Source: Candidatus Saccharimonadota bacterium (GTDB lineage Bacteria; Patescibacteriota; Gracilibacteria; UBA4473). From it: a DNA stretch of 32,000 nucleotides. This document shows, in pieces, positions 1-8,400 of this stretch (the stretch's first letter is position 1; every line of letters starts with the position of its first letter). The DNA lies in NCBI GenBank assembly GCA_020632335.1, contig JACKFV010000001.1, positions 480,001-512,000 of the forward strand, written 5' to 3'. A program made the position numbers and the translations under genes. The notes beneath the pieces are model-generated. The model searched no databases. It worked only from the letters and a program-made list of their open reading frames with translations, and was not told the DNA's origin.

Positions 1-1
1 T

Positions 2-433
2 CTCCGGAGTACAGATGAGCTCTGGCTGGAGCACATCAACAGCATGGCGGGCCTGCGAGACCGGGTGGCGCTGAGCGGCTATGCGCAGAAGGACCCCGTG
101 ATGGAGTACAAGCGCGAGGCCTATGAGACCTTTGTGCAGCTGCTGCAGAATGTCCGCGCGACGAGTGTGCGTAATCTCCTGCGGGTGCAGTTCCAGCAGG
201 TGACCCCTGCGCCGATGGCCCCTGCGCAGCCCCTGGAGACGAATGAGGCGGCTATAGAGCACGCGCTGGAGGACACCGCTGAGTACAGCCTCGGGGAGGA
301 GACGCTGGCACCGCAGCCGGTAGTACGGGAGGTGCCCGCGGGCATGCTAGCCCTCTGGAAGAAAACTATCAGCCGTAATGACCCCTGCCCCTGTGGCAGT
401 GGCCTGAAGTTTAAGAAGTGCCACGGAGCCTAG
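2..433 (+). CDS. secA: Preprotein translocase ATPase SecA, C-terminal fragment (5' end upstream of window)
   Basis: Frame is open from the window edge. Translation ...[40 protein letters not shown]... matches the conserved SecA C-terminal region. It ends in the SecA zinc-finger tail [14 protein letters not shown]. Stop TAG 431-433. Confidence 0.93.
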   Translation, partial: LRSTDELWLEHINSMAGLRDRVALSGYAQKDPVMEYKREAYETFVQLLQNVRATSVRNLLRVQFQQVTPAPMAPAQPLETNEAAIEHALEDTAEYSLGEETLAPQPVVREVPAGMLALWKKTISRNDPCPCGSGLKFKKCHGA

Positions 434-439
434 TGCTGG

Positions 440-817
440 CTAGTCAGTGAACCAGTGCACCACCATATTCACCAGCGCCAGTAGCACCCCCACCACCAGG
501 TAGAGCCACCAGGCCTGTACCTCCAGTGCAGCCCCGAGTGAGAAGTAGCTCATGCCCACCGCCTGCACCCATAGCATCACCCCATGCACCAGGAAGGATG
601 TGAGCCCCAGGAGGAAGAGACTGAGCGCGCCAAAGACCACCCGCAGCAGCGGATAGAGGGTGTAGTGCAGGATGATGAAGATCCCTGCGGTGATGAGATA
701 GCCCTGCAGTGTGGCCGGCACCACAGCGAAGAGCTCGGGGAAGAGTACTGTACTGCAGGCCCACAGCACGCCCGCGTTGGCCACTAGCAGGAGTAGGATG
801 CTCCAGAGAAAGCGCAT
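440..817 (-). CDS. Small 4-TM membrane protein, YvlD/DUF360 (phage-holin-family-4-like)
   Basis: 125 aa and almost entirely hydrophobic. The segment [29 protein letters not shown] resembles the YvlD-type P(I/L)L...LTLGLF core as I recall it. ATG at 817, TAG stop 440-442. Convergent with secA across a 6-nt gap. Confidence 0.5.
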   Translation of the reverse strand: MRFLWSILLLLVANAGVLWACSTVLFPELFAVVPATLQGYLITAGIFIILHYTLYPLLRVVFGALSLFLLGLTSFLVHGVMLWVQAVGMSYFSLGAALEVQAWWLYLVVGVLLALVNMVVHWFTD

Positions 818-868
818 GAATCTACTCTAGGGTTCGGCCACGGCGAGGCAAGGAAAGCAGGGCAAAAC

Positions 869-897
869 TTTACACCAGCCGCTCCTCTGCGTATAGT
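869..897 (+). promoter_or_regulatory. Sigma70-type promoter of rpoD (TTTACA-N17-TATAGT)
   Basis: TTTACA at 869-874, 17-nt spacer, TATAGT at 892-897, 25 nt upstream of the rpoD ATG. No Shine-Dalgarno sequence in the short leader. Confidence 0.5.
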
Positions 898-922
898 AGG
901 CCTGTTTTTACCACCACTCCGC

Positions 923-2131
923 ATGGCTGATATCCGCCAGAAGTCCCTCACGCTCCAGCGCCGCATAGAGGAATTCCCGGCAGAGGTGCAGGAACTCATC
1001 GCTAAGGGACGGGGCCAAAAGTTCATCACCGAGCAAGAACTCATGGAGGTGATCCCCAATACGGAGGACAATGTGGATATGATCGACATGCTCTACGAGC
1101 TGCTGTTTGACCTCAGCGTGGAGGTGATAGACGTGCGGGAGGAGAAGATCTGGAAGGAGAAACTCCAGCCTAAAGAAGCGGCTCCGGCCGAGAAAGCGGA
1201 TAAATTTGCGGCTATAGACGAGCCCAGTGAGGAGGACCTGGCCGCTGAGGAAGAGGAGGAAGAACGCCACCAGGGCAAGCACCAGCAGCGCGCGTTTGTG
1301 GACCTCTCTGACATCTCCAACGACTCCATCCGCATGTACCTGAATGAGATCGGGCGGATACCACTACTGACGGCCGAGCAAGAGGTAGAGCTGGCCCAGC
1401 GGATAGAAATGGGCGACCTGAGCGCTAAGCAGGCGCTGACGGAGGCGAATCTGCGGCTGGTGGTGAGTCTGGCCAAGCGCTATATCAACCGCGGGCTGCC
1501 CTTTCTTGATCTCATGCAGGAGGGGAACTTTGGCCTGCTGCGCGCGGTGGAGAAGTTTGATTTTCGCCGCGGATTCAAATTCTCTACCTACGCCACATGG
1601 TGGATCCGCCAGGCTATCACGCGGGCGATAGCCGACCAGTCCCGCACCATACGCATTCCTGTGCATATGGTGGAGACCATCAATAAGCTGCGCTACATCC
1701 AGCGGCGGCTACAGCAGGAGCTGGGGCGCAATGCCACCCCGGCTGAGATAGCCGCTGAGATGAAACTGGACGTGAAAAAGGTGCAGTATATCCTCAAGAT
1801 CAGCCAGGACATCCAGAGCCTCGACGCGCCACTGGGCAGCGAGGAGGACAGCAAAATGTCAGATTTTATCGAGGATGAGGGTACGGTGAGCCCCTTTGAG
1901 AGTGCGCACCGGAATATGATCAAGACCAATATAGACGAGCTGCTGCAGTACCTCAGCGCTCGTGAGCAGAAGATCATCAAGATGCGCTTTGGCCTGGAGG
2001 ACGGTATTCCTCATACGCTGGAGGAGGTGGGCCGGGAGTTTAACGTGACCCGCGAGCGCATCCGGCAGATAGAGAGCAAAGTGCTGGAGAAACTGCGAGA
2101 GCATCCTCTGGCGGCTAAAATCATGATCTAA
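923..2131 (+). CDS. rpoD: RNA polymerase primary sigma factor (sigma-70 family)
   Basis: 402 aa. Region 2 signature [39 protein letters not shown], region 4 [27 protein letters not shown], and an acidic N-terminal linker. Confidence 0.96.
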   Translation: MADIRQKSLTLQRRIEEFPAEVQELIAKGRGQKFITEQELMEVIPNTEDNVDMIDMLYELLFDLSVEVIDVREEKIWKEKLQPKEAAPAEKADKFAAIDEPSEEDLAAEEEEEERHQGKHQQRAFVDLSDISNDSIRMYLNEIGRIPLLTAEQEVELAQRIEMGDLSAKQALTEANLRLVVSLAKRYINRGLPFLDLMQEGNFGLLRAVEKFDFRRGFKFSTYATWWIRQAITRAIADQSRTIRIPVHMVETINKLRYIQRRLQQELGRNATPAEIAAEMKLDVKKVQYILKISQDIQSLDAPLGSEEDSKMSDFIEDEGTVSPFESAHRNMIKTNIDELLQYLSAREQKIIKMRFGLEDGIPHTLEEVGREFNVTRERIRQIESKVLEKLREHPLAAKIMI

Positions 2132-2224
2132 GTGGGTAGGGGGCGTGCAGAACACTATCTAAAGCCACGTGGTGTACTCCCTGGTGTGGCTCTTGTCTCG
2201 TGCAGTTTTTCTCACGAGTAACCC

Positions 2225-2255
2225 GAAACACCCCATACGGGGCACTGGGGGTTTC
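2225..2255. terminator. GC hairpin between convergent rpoD and tRNA-Asp (possible bidirectional terminator)
   Basis: GAAAC(A)CCCC...GGGG(G)TTTC imperfect inverted repeat with an inner CCCC-ATAC-GGGG hairpin (2231-2242). Followed by a T-containing tract on either strand. Weak and not canonical. Confidence 0.3.
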
Positions 2256-2266
2256 TCTGTGTATGC

Positions 2267-2343
2267 TGGCGGGACCGACGAGACTCGAACTCGCGACCTC
2301 TGCCGTGACAGGGCAGCGCTCTAACCAACTGAGCTACGATCCC
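2267..2343 (-). tRNA. tRNA-Asp (anticodon GTC), CCA encoded
   Basis: Reverse complement folds by hand into a cloverleaf. Acceptor GGGATCG/CGGTCCC, D arm GCTC-AGTTGGTTA-GAGC, anticodon stem CTGCC/GGCAG with loop CTGTCAC, T arm GCGAG-TTCGAGT-CTCGT. Discriminator G plus CCA. Confidence 0.93.
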
Positions 2344-2367
2344 ACAGAAGAACACGAAACCTCCACG

Positions 2368-2395
2368 TTTATAGGCCGATGACCCCGGGTGTCAA
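2368..2395 (-). promoter_or_regulatory. Sigma70-type promoter of tRNA-Asp (TTGACA-N16-TATAAA)
   Basis: On the minus strand TTGACA = 2390-2395, 16-nt spacer, TATAAA = 2368-2373, about 25 nt upstream of the tRNA 5' end. Confidence 0.5.
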
Positions 2396-2404
2396 CCAAA
2401 TGGT

Positions 2405-2417
2405 AATGGTGGGCATG
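2405..2417. repeat. 13-bp direct repeat AATGGTGGGCATG, distal copy of the tRNA-Ile 3' end (att-like)
   Basis: Identical to 3136-3148, which is the last 11 nt of tRNA-Ile plus 2 downstream nt. The two copies bracket the AT-rich segment. Confidence 0.8.
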
Positions 2418-2514
2418 GGGAAGACAGCAATTGAACGGTTAACTAAACGGTGTGATGTCGTTTTTTGTCAGGTTATAAAAGAGTTGAAAGAATACTTGTC
2501 TTCAAATTCAGAAA

Positions 2515-3129
2515 TTATGATGAATAATTTTTTAACGGTTTTAAAATAAGAGTTTCAAATATCAAATTAAAATTCTTTTTTAATTGTGAATCATTTTCTA
2601 CTTTTTCAATATAATTTTTAGCATAATCCCAAATTGCATCTTTAAATGAGTCAACATTAATAAGAAATCCTCCATGGATTGGATTTTTTGAAATAGGTAA
2701 TTCTGAAAAATTAATACAATCAATCAAAAAATGATTACTCATTGAGGTTGAATGGAACAATCCACAACGTGCAAATTTATAAAAATTATCAAAAAATACA
2801 TCTTCAATTTCTTCTTCAAAAAGTTTATTTCCTCTTAAAAATTCAATAAATTCCCTAAGGCTTTTGATAAAAAAATCTTTAGATTTGCCCTGAGAAGTTT
2901 TTCCCTCTAAATACTGACCATGAGTTTCAAAATACATGAGTAATATTGAAAAAACTGACATTCGATAATCAGTATCTTGCTTACTTAAAAGTCTTTCACA
3001 AGGTTTAATCAGCCATTTTTCAACTTGTGACAAAAAAGCTTTTTCATAAGAAACTTGTTTATTCTCTAAATCAGCAAGAGTGATTTCCGATGTCAATCGA
3101 ACCATTCTATTCATTGAGTTGCTTGTCAT
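2515..3129 (-). CDS. Hypothetical protein, islet cargo, AT-rich codon usage (possible HEPN-like Rx4H motif)
   Basis: The ORF-track start at 3147 lies inside tRNA-Ile. The first ATG outside the tRNA is 3129 (MTSNSMNRM...), giving 204 aa. I recognise no family. FARCGLFHS fits R-x4-H. Stop TAA 2515-2517. Confidence 0.6.
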   Translation of the reverse strand: MTSNSMNRMVRLTSEITLADLENKQVSYEKAFLSQVEKWLIKPCERLLSKQDTDYRMSVFSILLMYFETHGQYLEGKTSQGKSKDFFIKSLREFIEFLRGNKLFEEEIEDVFFDNFYKFARCGLFHSTSMSNHFLIDCINFSELPISKNPIHGGFLINVDSFKDAIWDYAKNYIEKVENDSQLKKNFNLIFETLILKPLKNYSS

Positions 3130-3135
3130 GACATA

Positions 3136-3148
3136 AATGGTGGGCATG
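3136..3148. repeat. 13-bp direct repeat AATGGTGGGCATG, proximal copy within the tRNA-Ile 3' end
   Basis: Exact match to 2405-2417. Confidence 0.8.
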
Positions 3149-3214
3149 CGAGGACTTGAACCTCGGACCTCGTCCTTATCAGAGACGCGCTCTAACCAGC
3201 TGAGCTACACGCCC
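3138..3214 (-). tRNA. tRNA-Ile (anticodon GAT), CCA encoded
   Basis: Reverse complement GGGCGTGTAGCTCAGCTGGTTAGAGCGCGTCTCTGATAAGGACGAGGTCCGAGGTTCAAGTCCTCGCATGCCCACCA. Anticodon stem CGTCT/GGACG with loop CTGATAA, T arm CGAGG-TTCAAGT-CCTCG. Confidence 0.93.
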
Positions 3215-3237
3215 GGGAGTATGAAAGAAGCCCGCTC

Positions 3238-3265
3238 ATAGTAGAAGGCCGCAGCAACCTGTCAA
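3238..3265 (-). promoter_or_regulatory. Sigma70-type promoter of tRNA-Ile (TTGACA-N16-TACTAT)
   Basis: Minus strand TTGACA = 3260-3265, 16-nt spacer, TACTAT = 3238-3243, about 24 nt upstream of the tRNA 5' end. Confidence 0.55.
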
Positions 3266-3267
3266 CG

Positions 3268-3292
3268 AAAAACACCCCGGGGTCCCGAGGTG
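3268..3292 (-). terminator. Rho-independent terminator of the dsbA-like operon
   Basis: Minus strand CACCTCGG-GACC-CCGGGGTG: 8-bp GC-rich stem with one G-U pair and a 4-nt loop. Immediately followed by TTTTT (3268-3272), 28 nt after the stop codon. Confidence 0.7.
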
Positions 3293-3319
3293 CTTTCTAT
3301 TATAACGATTATTACTCCC

Positions 3320-4108
3320 CTAGAGGTCCCCCAGCATGGCTTCTATCTGCGCCTGTACATTGGCATACGGCTGCGCCCCACGGATGGACACAAAGTCCCC
3401 CGTCTTGGGGTTAAAGAGGAAAGACCCTGGTGTCCCCTGCACGCCTATCTGGCTGGCCTCAGCGATGCTGGTTTTGATCAGCTCTCGCGTAGCCGCTCCG
3501 TCTGCTGTACAGGCCTCAAAGGCCGCACGGTCCAGCCCCACTTCCTCGGCCAGGTCTGCGACCGTCTTACCATCTGGCAGGCCAATTTTATTCATGCCCG
3601 CCTGGGTGTAGTACTCGTCTGCTAGAGCGTAGAAGCCCTCGCTACCCTTCTGGTCCCCCGCGCACTCCACGGCTATGGCCATTTCCGTCGCGTTGGGCTC
3701 GTGGAAGCTCAGCGGGAAGTGCCGGAAGATAAAGTTCACCTTCCCGTCATAGGCCGCCATTACCTGCCCTACGGTCTCGTGGAAGCGTTTGCAGAAGGGA
3801 CACTCAAAGTCTGAGTATTCTATCAGCGTCAGTGGCGCATCCGCAGCGCCCTGTATATAGTCGGTGTCCTTCAGCGCGAGGATCTCTTTCGCCTTCTCAG
3901 CGTCGATGGTGGGGGCAACAGGTGCCGTTGGTTCGGCAGGTTTAGCCTTCTCCAGCTCGGCGATTTTATCATTCATAGCCTCCAGCTGCGCCATGATTTT
4001 TTCGAGGGCGGCGTCATTACTGGTGCTGGGTGTTGTGTCTGTAGGGCCCACTACCTGGCAACCGGTGAGCGCCAGCATAGCCAGTGCGGGGAGAAGAAAG
4101 TATTTCAT
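3320..4108 (-). CDS. DsbA-family thiol:disulfide oxidoreductase lipoprotein
   Basis: Thioredoxin-fold active site FECPFCKRFH. Start chosen at ATG 4108 (MKYFLLPALAMLALTGC), which gives a lipobox LTGC. The longer ORF-track start (4207) would overlap the upstream gene by 77 nt. Confidence 0.85.
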   Translation of the reverse strand: MKYFLLPALAMLALTGCQVVGPTDTTPSTSNDAALEKIMAQLEAMNDKIAELEKAKPAEPTAPVAPTIDAEKAKEILALKDTDYIQGAADAPLTLIEYSDFECPFCKRFHETVGQVMAAYDGKVNFIFRHFPLSFHEPNATEMAIAVECAGDQKGSEGFYALADEYYTQAGMNKIGLPDGKTVADLAEEVGLDRAAFEACTADGAATRELIKTSIAEASQIGVQGTPGSFLFNPKTGDFVSIRGAQPYANVQAQIEAMLGDL

Positions 4109-4130
4109 GAGAGCGAGATAAAGAAGCAAA

Positions 4131-5237
4131 TTACGAACGCCGCTGCAGCGTAAGCATATAGCCGCACAGCGCAAGGAAAAAGAAAAAGATGAGCCACTGG
4201 CCGCCACTTCCCGCTACTGGTAGTGCTGGGGGGAGTTCGGCTGTTTCGGCATCGTCTGGGGTCTCCGTCGGCGTACTGGCACTGCCCCCCAGCACGGTGG
4301 TGATCTCATCAGGGTGGGTGCGGTCTAGCCACTGGGCCAGCTTAAACCGGCCATCTGAGGGGGCTGTACTCGGTGTCAGCAGCGCCTGCTTTTTCTTATA
4401 GAAGCTCTCTGCAAAGCTCACCGTGGGGTCTTTGGCCCCTCGTCCCACGCTGGTGGTGCCTGTCGGTACAGCGGTTTCTTTGGCCTGGAAGAGCGGCAGC
4501 GCCTCATACACTACCCCCGTCTGTGAGGTTTTCTCACAGGTCTGCGTATCTTCACGGTACTCATAGCGGTACTTGCAGGTGACCCGACACTGCACATTAT
4601 CCACCATCCCATTGGCCACACGGCTGGGGAGAGAGCAGATATTCGGGTAGGCCTTCACCAGCGCCACGGCAGAGAAGGTCGACGGCAGCGTCGCCGTACA
4701 GAGCCCCTCGCTCACCGTGCAGCGCATGCCCTCGCCCAGGTACCACTGCCCCTGGTGCTGTACGGCTATATAGAGCGGCTGGCCGTCCGCCACGGTGGTA
4801 GCAAAGGCGACTTGCGGCGCGGGGGTGATCTCCCAGTTCTGGGCAGTCGCGCCTATGCTATAGCTCTGCAGTACCTCTGTATACTGGAATCCTCCGGTAG
4901 TCTGCTCCAGCGCGGTAGAGAGCTGCAGCGCGTCTGCCTTCGGTTTGGCTGCGGGGAGGAAGCCTCGGAAGACCCCATCCCAGGGAGTGCTAGTGGTTAT
5001 TTGGCTCCCCGGCTGCAGGGCGATTTTGGGGTAGTTTTCGGCACTCTGGGAGTAGCCCAGCACCAGTGATCCAGGCCCCTCCAGCACCGCCACCGTACCC
5101 GCATCACGAGCCTCTCGGGAGGGAAAGGACACCTCATGCGCATAGTAATCATCATAGAGCGGCGCGTCGATGACCTGCGCGGCCACTAAGAGCGGGAACC
5201 CCATCATCGCCGACGCCAGTACAAAAAATGCACGCAT
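4131..5237 (-). CDS. Secreted Cys-rich surface protein with C-terminal sorting signal LPVAG + TM + QRRS
   Basis: N-terminal signal peptide MRAFFVLASAMMGFPLLVAAQV. Eight Cys in the mature central part. C-terminus LPVAGSGG-QWLIFFFFLALCGYMLTL-QRRS (LPVAG = 4209-4223). No family recognised. Confidence 0.8.
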   Translation of the reverse strand: MRAFFVLASAMMGFPLLVAAQVIDAPLYDDYYAHEVSFPSREARDAGTVAVLEGPGSLVLGYSQSAENYPKIALQPGSQITTSTPWDGVFRGFLPAAKPKADALQLSTALEQTTGGFQYTEVLQSYSIGATAQNWEITPAPQVAFATTVADGQPLYIAVQHQGQWYLGEGMRCTVSEGLCTATLPSTFSAVALVKAYPNICSLPSRVANGMVDNVQCRVTCKYRYEYREDTQTCEKTSQTGVVYEALPLFQAKETAVPTGTTSVGRGAKDPTVSFAESFYKKKQALLTPSTAPSDGRFKLAQWLDRTHPDEITTVLGGSASTPTETPDDAETAELPPALPVAGSGGQWLIFFFFLALCGYMLTLQRRS

Positions 5238-5412
5238 GCTAGCATTGTCAGCCAGATCTGTGAAAAAGCAACTATCGCCCCTTGTGCGGAGAGGAATATA
5301 TTGTGAAGAGACATTATAGGTGTGTCACCAGAAGACAGGTATAAAACCACAACAGAGTATTTTGCATAGAGAAATTAGAGACACAAATATTGAACAACCA
5401 GCCAGAAATCAT

Positions 5413-8400
5413 ATGGTGAGAACCGTTATTCATATATTTTTCATGAGAGGAGTATCTCGATTCGGGTTGTGCGTTGTTAGCATTATGGGGGTCAGCATGC
5501 TCACCGGGGCGAGCTTTGCGGCGCCGGTGCCTGATTGTAGTACCACAGAGAGCAGCATTACTGCTAGTGCTGCGGGGGCCTTCACGGCAACGGTCACCCT
5601 GGAGAACACGGGGGACAGCACCGGCTACGCGCCCACAGTGTCTCTGATGCTCCCTCAGGAGCTCACTCTGCTGGGAACTCAGTACCGAGGAGAGACGCTG
5701 CCGGTCTTTCAGCAGGAGGTCTCTAGCACCGGGACGGTTATAGACGCGCTCACCGGGCAAGCTGTGGCGGTCCCCATTGGGCAGACGTACGCCGCGGTAC
5801 TCCTGCCGGAGGGGTCGCTGCCCACGGCGCACCTGGCTCTCTCGCTCGACCTCACTCTGGCCTTTGCTCCAGGAGTCCCCTTAGACACCCCTCTCTCTTC
5901 TTCTCTACAGGTGACGTGCGGTTTTGCTCGTGGAGCCACTGCCGCTGATGACCCTATTGCAGACCCAGCGCTCAGCAGTGGCCCCCTGCTCCTGAGCCTC
6001 ACCCCGAGTAGCGAGCCCCCCGTACCCCCTACCAGTACCGTGAATGCTCTTAGCCTGCAGCAGACCGTGCGAGCCGTGCAGCGTGGGGGCGTCTTCACCC
6101 AGAACCCCAGCCCTACAGACCCGCTGCGTGCGGGAGACATGGTGACCTATAGCCTCACCCTACAGCAGTCCTTGCCCATAGCCGCTACCGAGATAACCCT
6201 GAGCTTCCCTACACTCTTTATAGAGGCTGCGTCTCTCACGAGCGCCGGGACCAGTGTGCTGACGGCTGAGAGCGCCTCTAGCGTCCCCGCGGTGGGGGAG
6301 CTGAGCTATGGGCCGGCAACGCTGCACACGGGTGAGCCGCTCCCGCTGCCACTCCTAATGCCAGACGCCGTGGCGAATACGGCCCTGGTTTCTCTGCCGG
6401 ATACTACGAGCCTTGGGAATACTCTAGAGCTCCTCTATACCGTGCAGATTGCTGATATGCCTGCTATAGATCGGGCTCCGCTGCTGGTCAGCGCTGCGGC
6501 TACCAACGCCGTAGGAGCGGACACCACCGGTATCCTCCAGACCCTCAGCATGCCATCGCTACGGCTGCAGCAGGGCATCATCGCCACTACAGACACTGGG
6601 GCGGTTTTCCTCCCGGTGAATCGCGGCCCGGTGCCCTTCAACCCCATGAGCAACCCGCTGGCCTTCTCTGACGGCTTTGTGTCGGAAGACCTCACCATCG
6701 TACCCATAGACAGTAACGTCGCCGGTGCCAGTGGTGGGGCGCGCATGCGCTACGCGGTGCTGGTGGAGAATCAGGGCTCGGCGCCGGCCTATAACATCAC
6801 GCTGAGCGACAGTCTCTCCGCGATGCAAGAGATCCCACTCGACGAGACAGATGTCAATATCCGTGTGCTGAGCGGTGCAGCGGTAGACCGTACGGCAGCC
6901 TTCACTGGGGGGCTCTTTGGCTACACGGCCATGGGGGCCACAGCAGACGCGTCTAATGCCTCGATACAGCTGACCGAGGGGCGGCTGGAGGGCCTGAGTG
7001 AGCAGACCGACCGTGGGGGGAGCGCTGCGGGGGAGAATATCCTCCTCCTGAGCTATGACCTGCAGCTCAAGACCACTACCCAGCCCCTCATGGTGGTGAG
7101 TAACGCTGCGTCGCTGGTGCGCTACACGGCGGTGGAGAACAGCCCGCAGAACTACATCACCAGCGCTAGCGAGCACACTGACTTTGCTACCGTCTCTCTG
7201 GGAGGGGTAACGATGGAGAAGCGTCTGCTGCCCTCCACCGTGCAAGACCTCGCCCATACAGACAGCACCCTGGGCGACGCCACCATAGGCGAGATGATAC
7301 GCTACCAGCTGCGCTTTACGGCGCCAGAGGGGGACATCCTCACCCCGCGCATCGTGGACTACATCCCTGACGGTATGGCGTACTACAAGCCTACGGGAGT
7401 TCTCTTTAATACCACCTGTGGTGCCAAGCCCTTTGTGGGGAGTATTCCACCACTGAAGGTCCCCGGGACGCCCCCCTTCCCCATTGTGCCCTCGCACCAG
7501 GTGACCTCCCCACTGGGGACTACCGGCATTGCTGGGTCTGGCGAGCCGCTGCGAGTGGAGTTTAATAGTAATATCTCTGTGACGCCTGATGGCGACCCCG
7601 ACACCAATACCTTCTGTATGGAGTATGAGGTTGTAGTGCTGGATATGCCCAGCAATAACGGTCTGCCCAACTACTCCACCCTGCGGACCAACGAGGCTAC
7701 GCTTGAGTATGGGTCACTGGGGCAGAGCATCGGCCCCGTAAGCACCACCGTGAATATTGTGGAGCCCGAGCTGGCCATCACCCAGACGATCACGCCAGCT
7801 ATGGGAGAGGGAGGGGACACCGTCACCATCACCAGCACGGTGCAGCACACCAGCCGCAGCTCTGCTGATGCCTTTGACGTCCGCATCACCAATGGGATCG
7901 TTGACCCCAGTACCGGCATACCTATGGTGCCGGAGCGCTTTATTATCGACGCTGATTTTGCAAATGACGGGATAGATAACGACGGTGATGGACTGCTGGA
8001 TGCCGCCGACCCAGACGAAGTAGCCGGGAGCTTCTATGATGCCACGACTCGTGCGTTCCGTTGGGACCAGACCACCGTGAGCGATGCGCTCTTCCAGCAC
8101 TGGCCCATGGGGAGTACCCGCCGCCTGGCCTACCGGGCCGTGATAGACCAGAGCGTGGTGCCTAATGAGATCATAGATAATAACGCTACGGTAGTGTGGG
8201 ATACCGTCCCTGGGGAGTCTGTCAGCCCCCTGCCAGAACGCCAGAGTGCCGCTGGGGCTGGGGCAAGCTTCCGCGTGCGTAACCTGGAGATAGAGAAAAC
8301 CGCGCCCTTTACCTCCGCGGCGCATACCGGTCAGTCCACTTACTTGGTAGACACGCCCTTCTTGGCCATCGGAGAGCAGGTGACCTTCCGCGTGCGAGTG

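Larger units (their letters stand above)
2405..3148 (-). mobile_element. Integrase-less AT-rich islet inserted at the tRNA-Ile 3' end (remnant integrative element)
   Basis: About 15-28% GC on spot counts versus about 60% in the flanks. Bounded by the 13-bp direct repeat of the tRNA 3' end. Carries one ORF and no recombinase. Confidence 0.65.

Noticed and set aside
2197-2218. CTCGTG-N10-CACGAG hairpin after rpoD.
   Set aside because: The stem is short (6 bp) with a 10-nt loop and no following U-tract. It was kept out of the feature list in favour of the adjacent GC hairpin, which is itself weak.
2200-2382. 60-aa plus-strand ORF.
   Set aside because: It overlaps tRNA-Asp on the opposite strand and is a translation of tRNA complement sequence.
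5320-5412. Upstream extension of the giant ORF (track start 5320, MCHQKTGIK...).
   Set aside because: Position 5320 is a GTG immediately after an in-frame TAG. The extension is AT-rich and non-protein-like, and it precedes a good signal peptide that begins at ATG 5413 or 5443.
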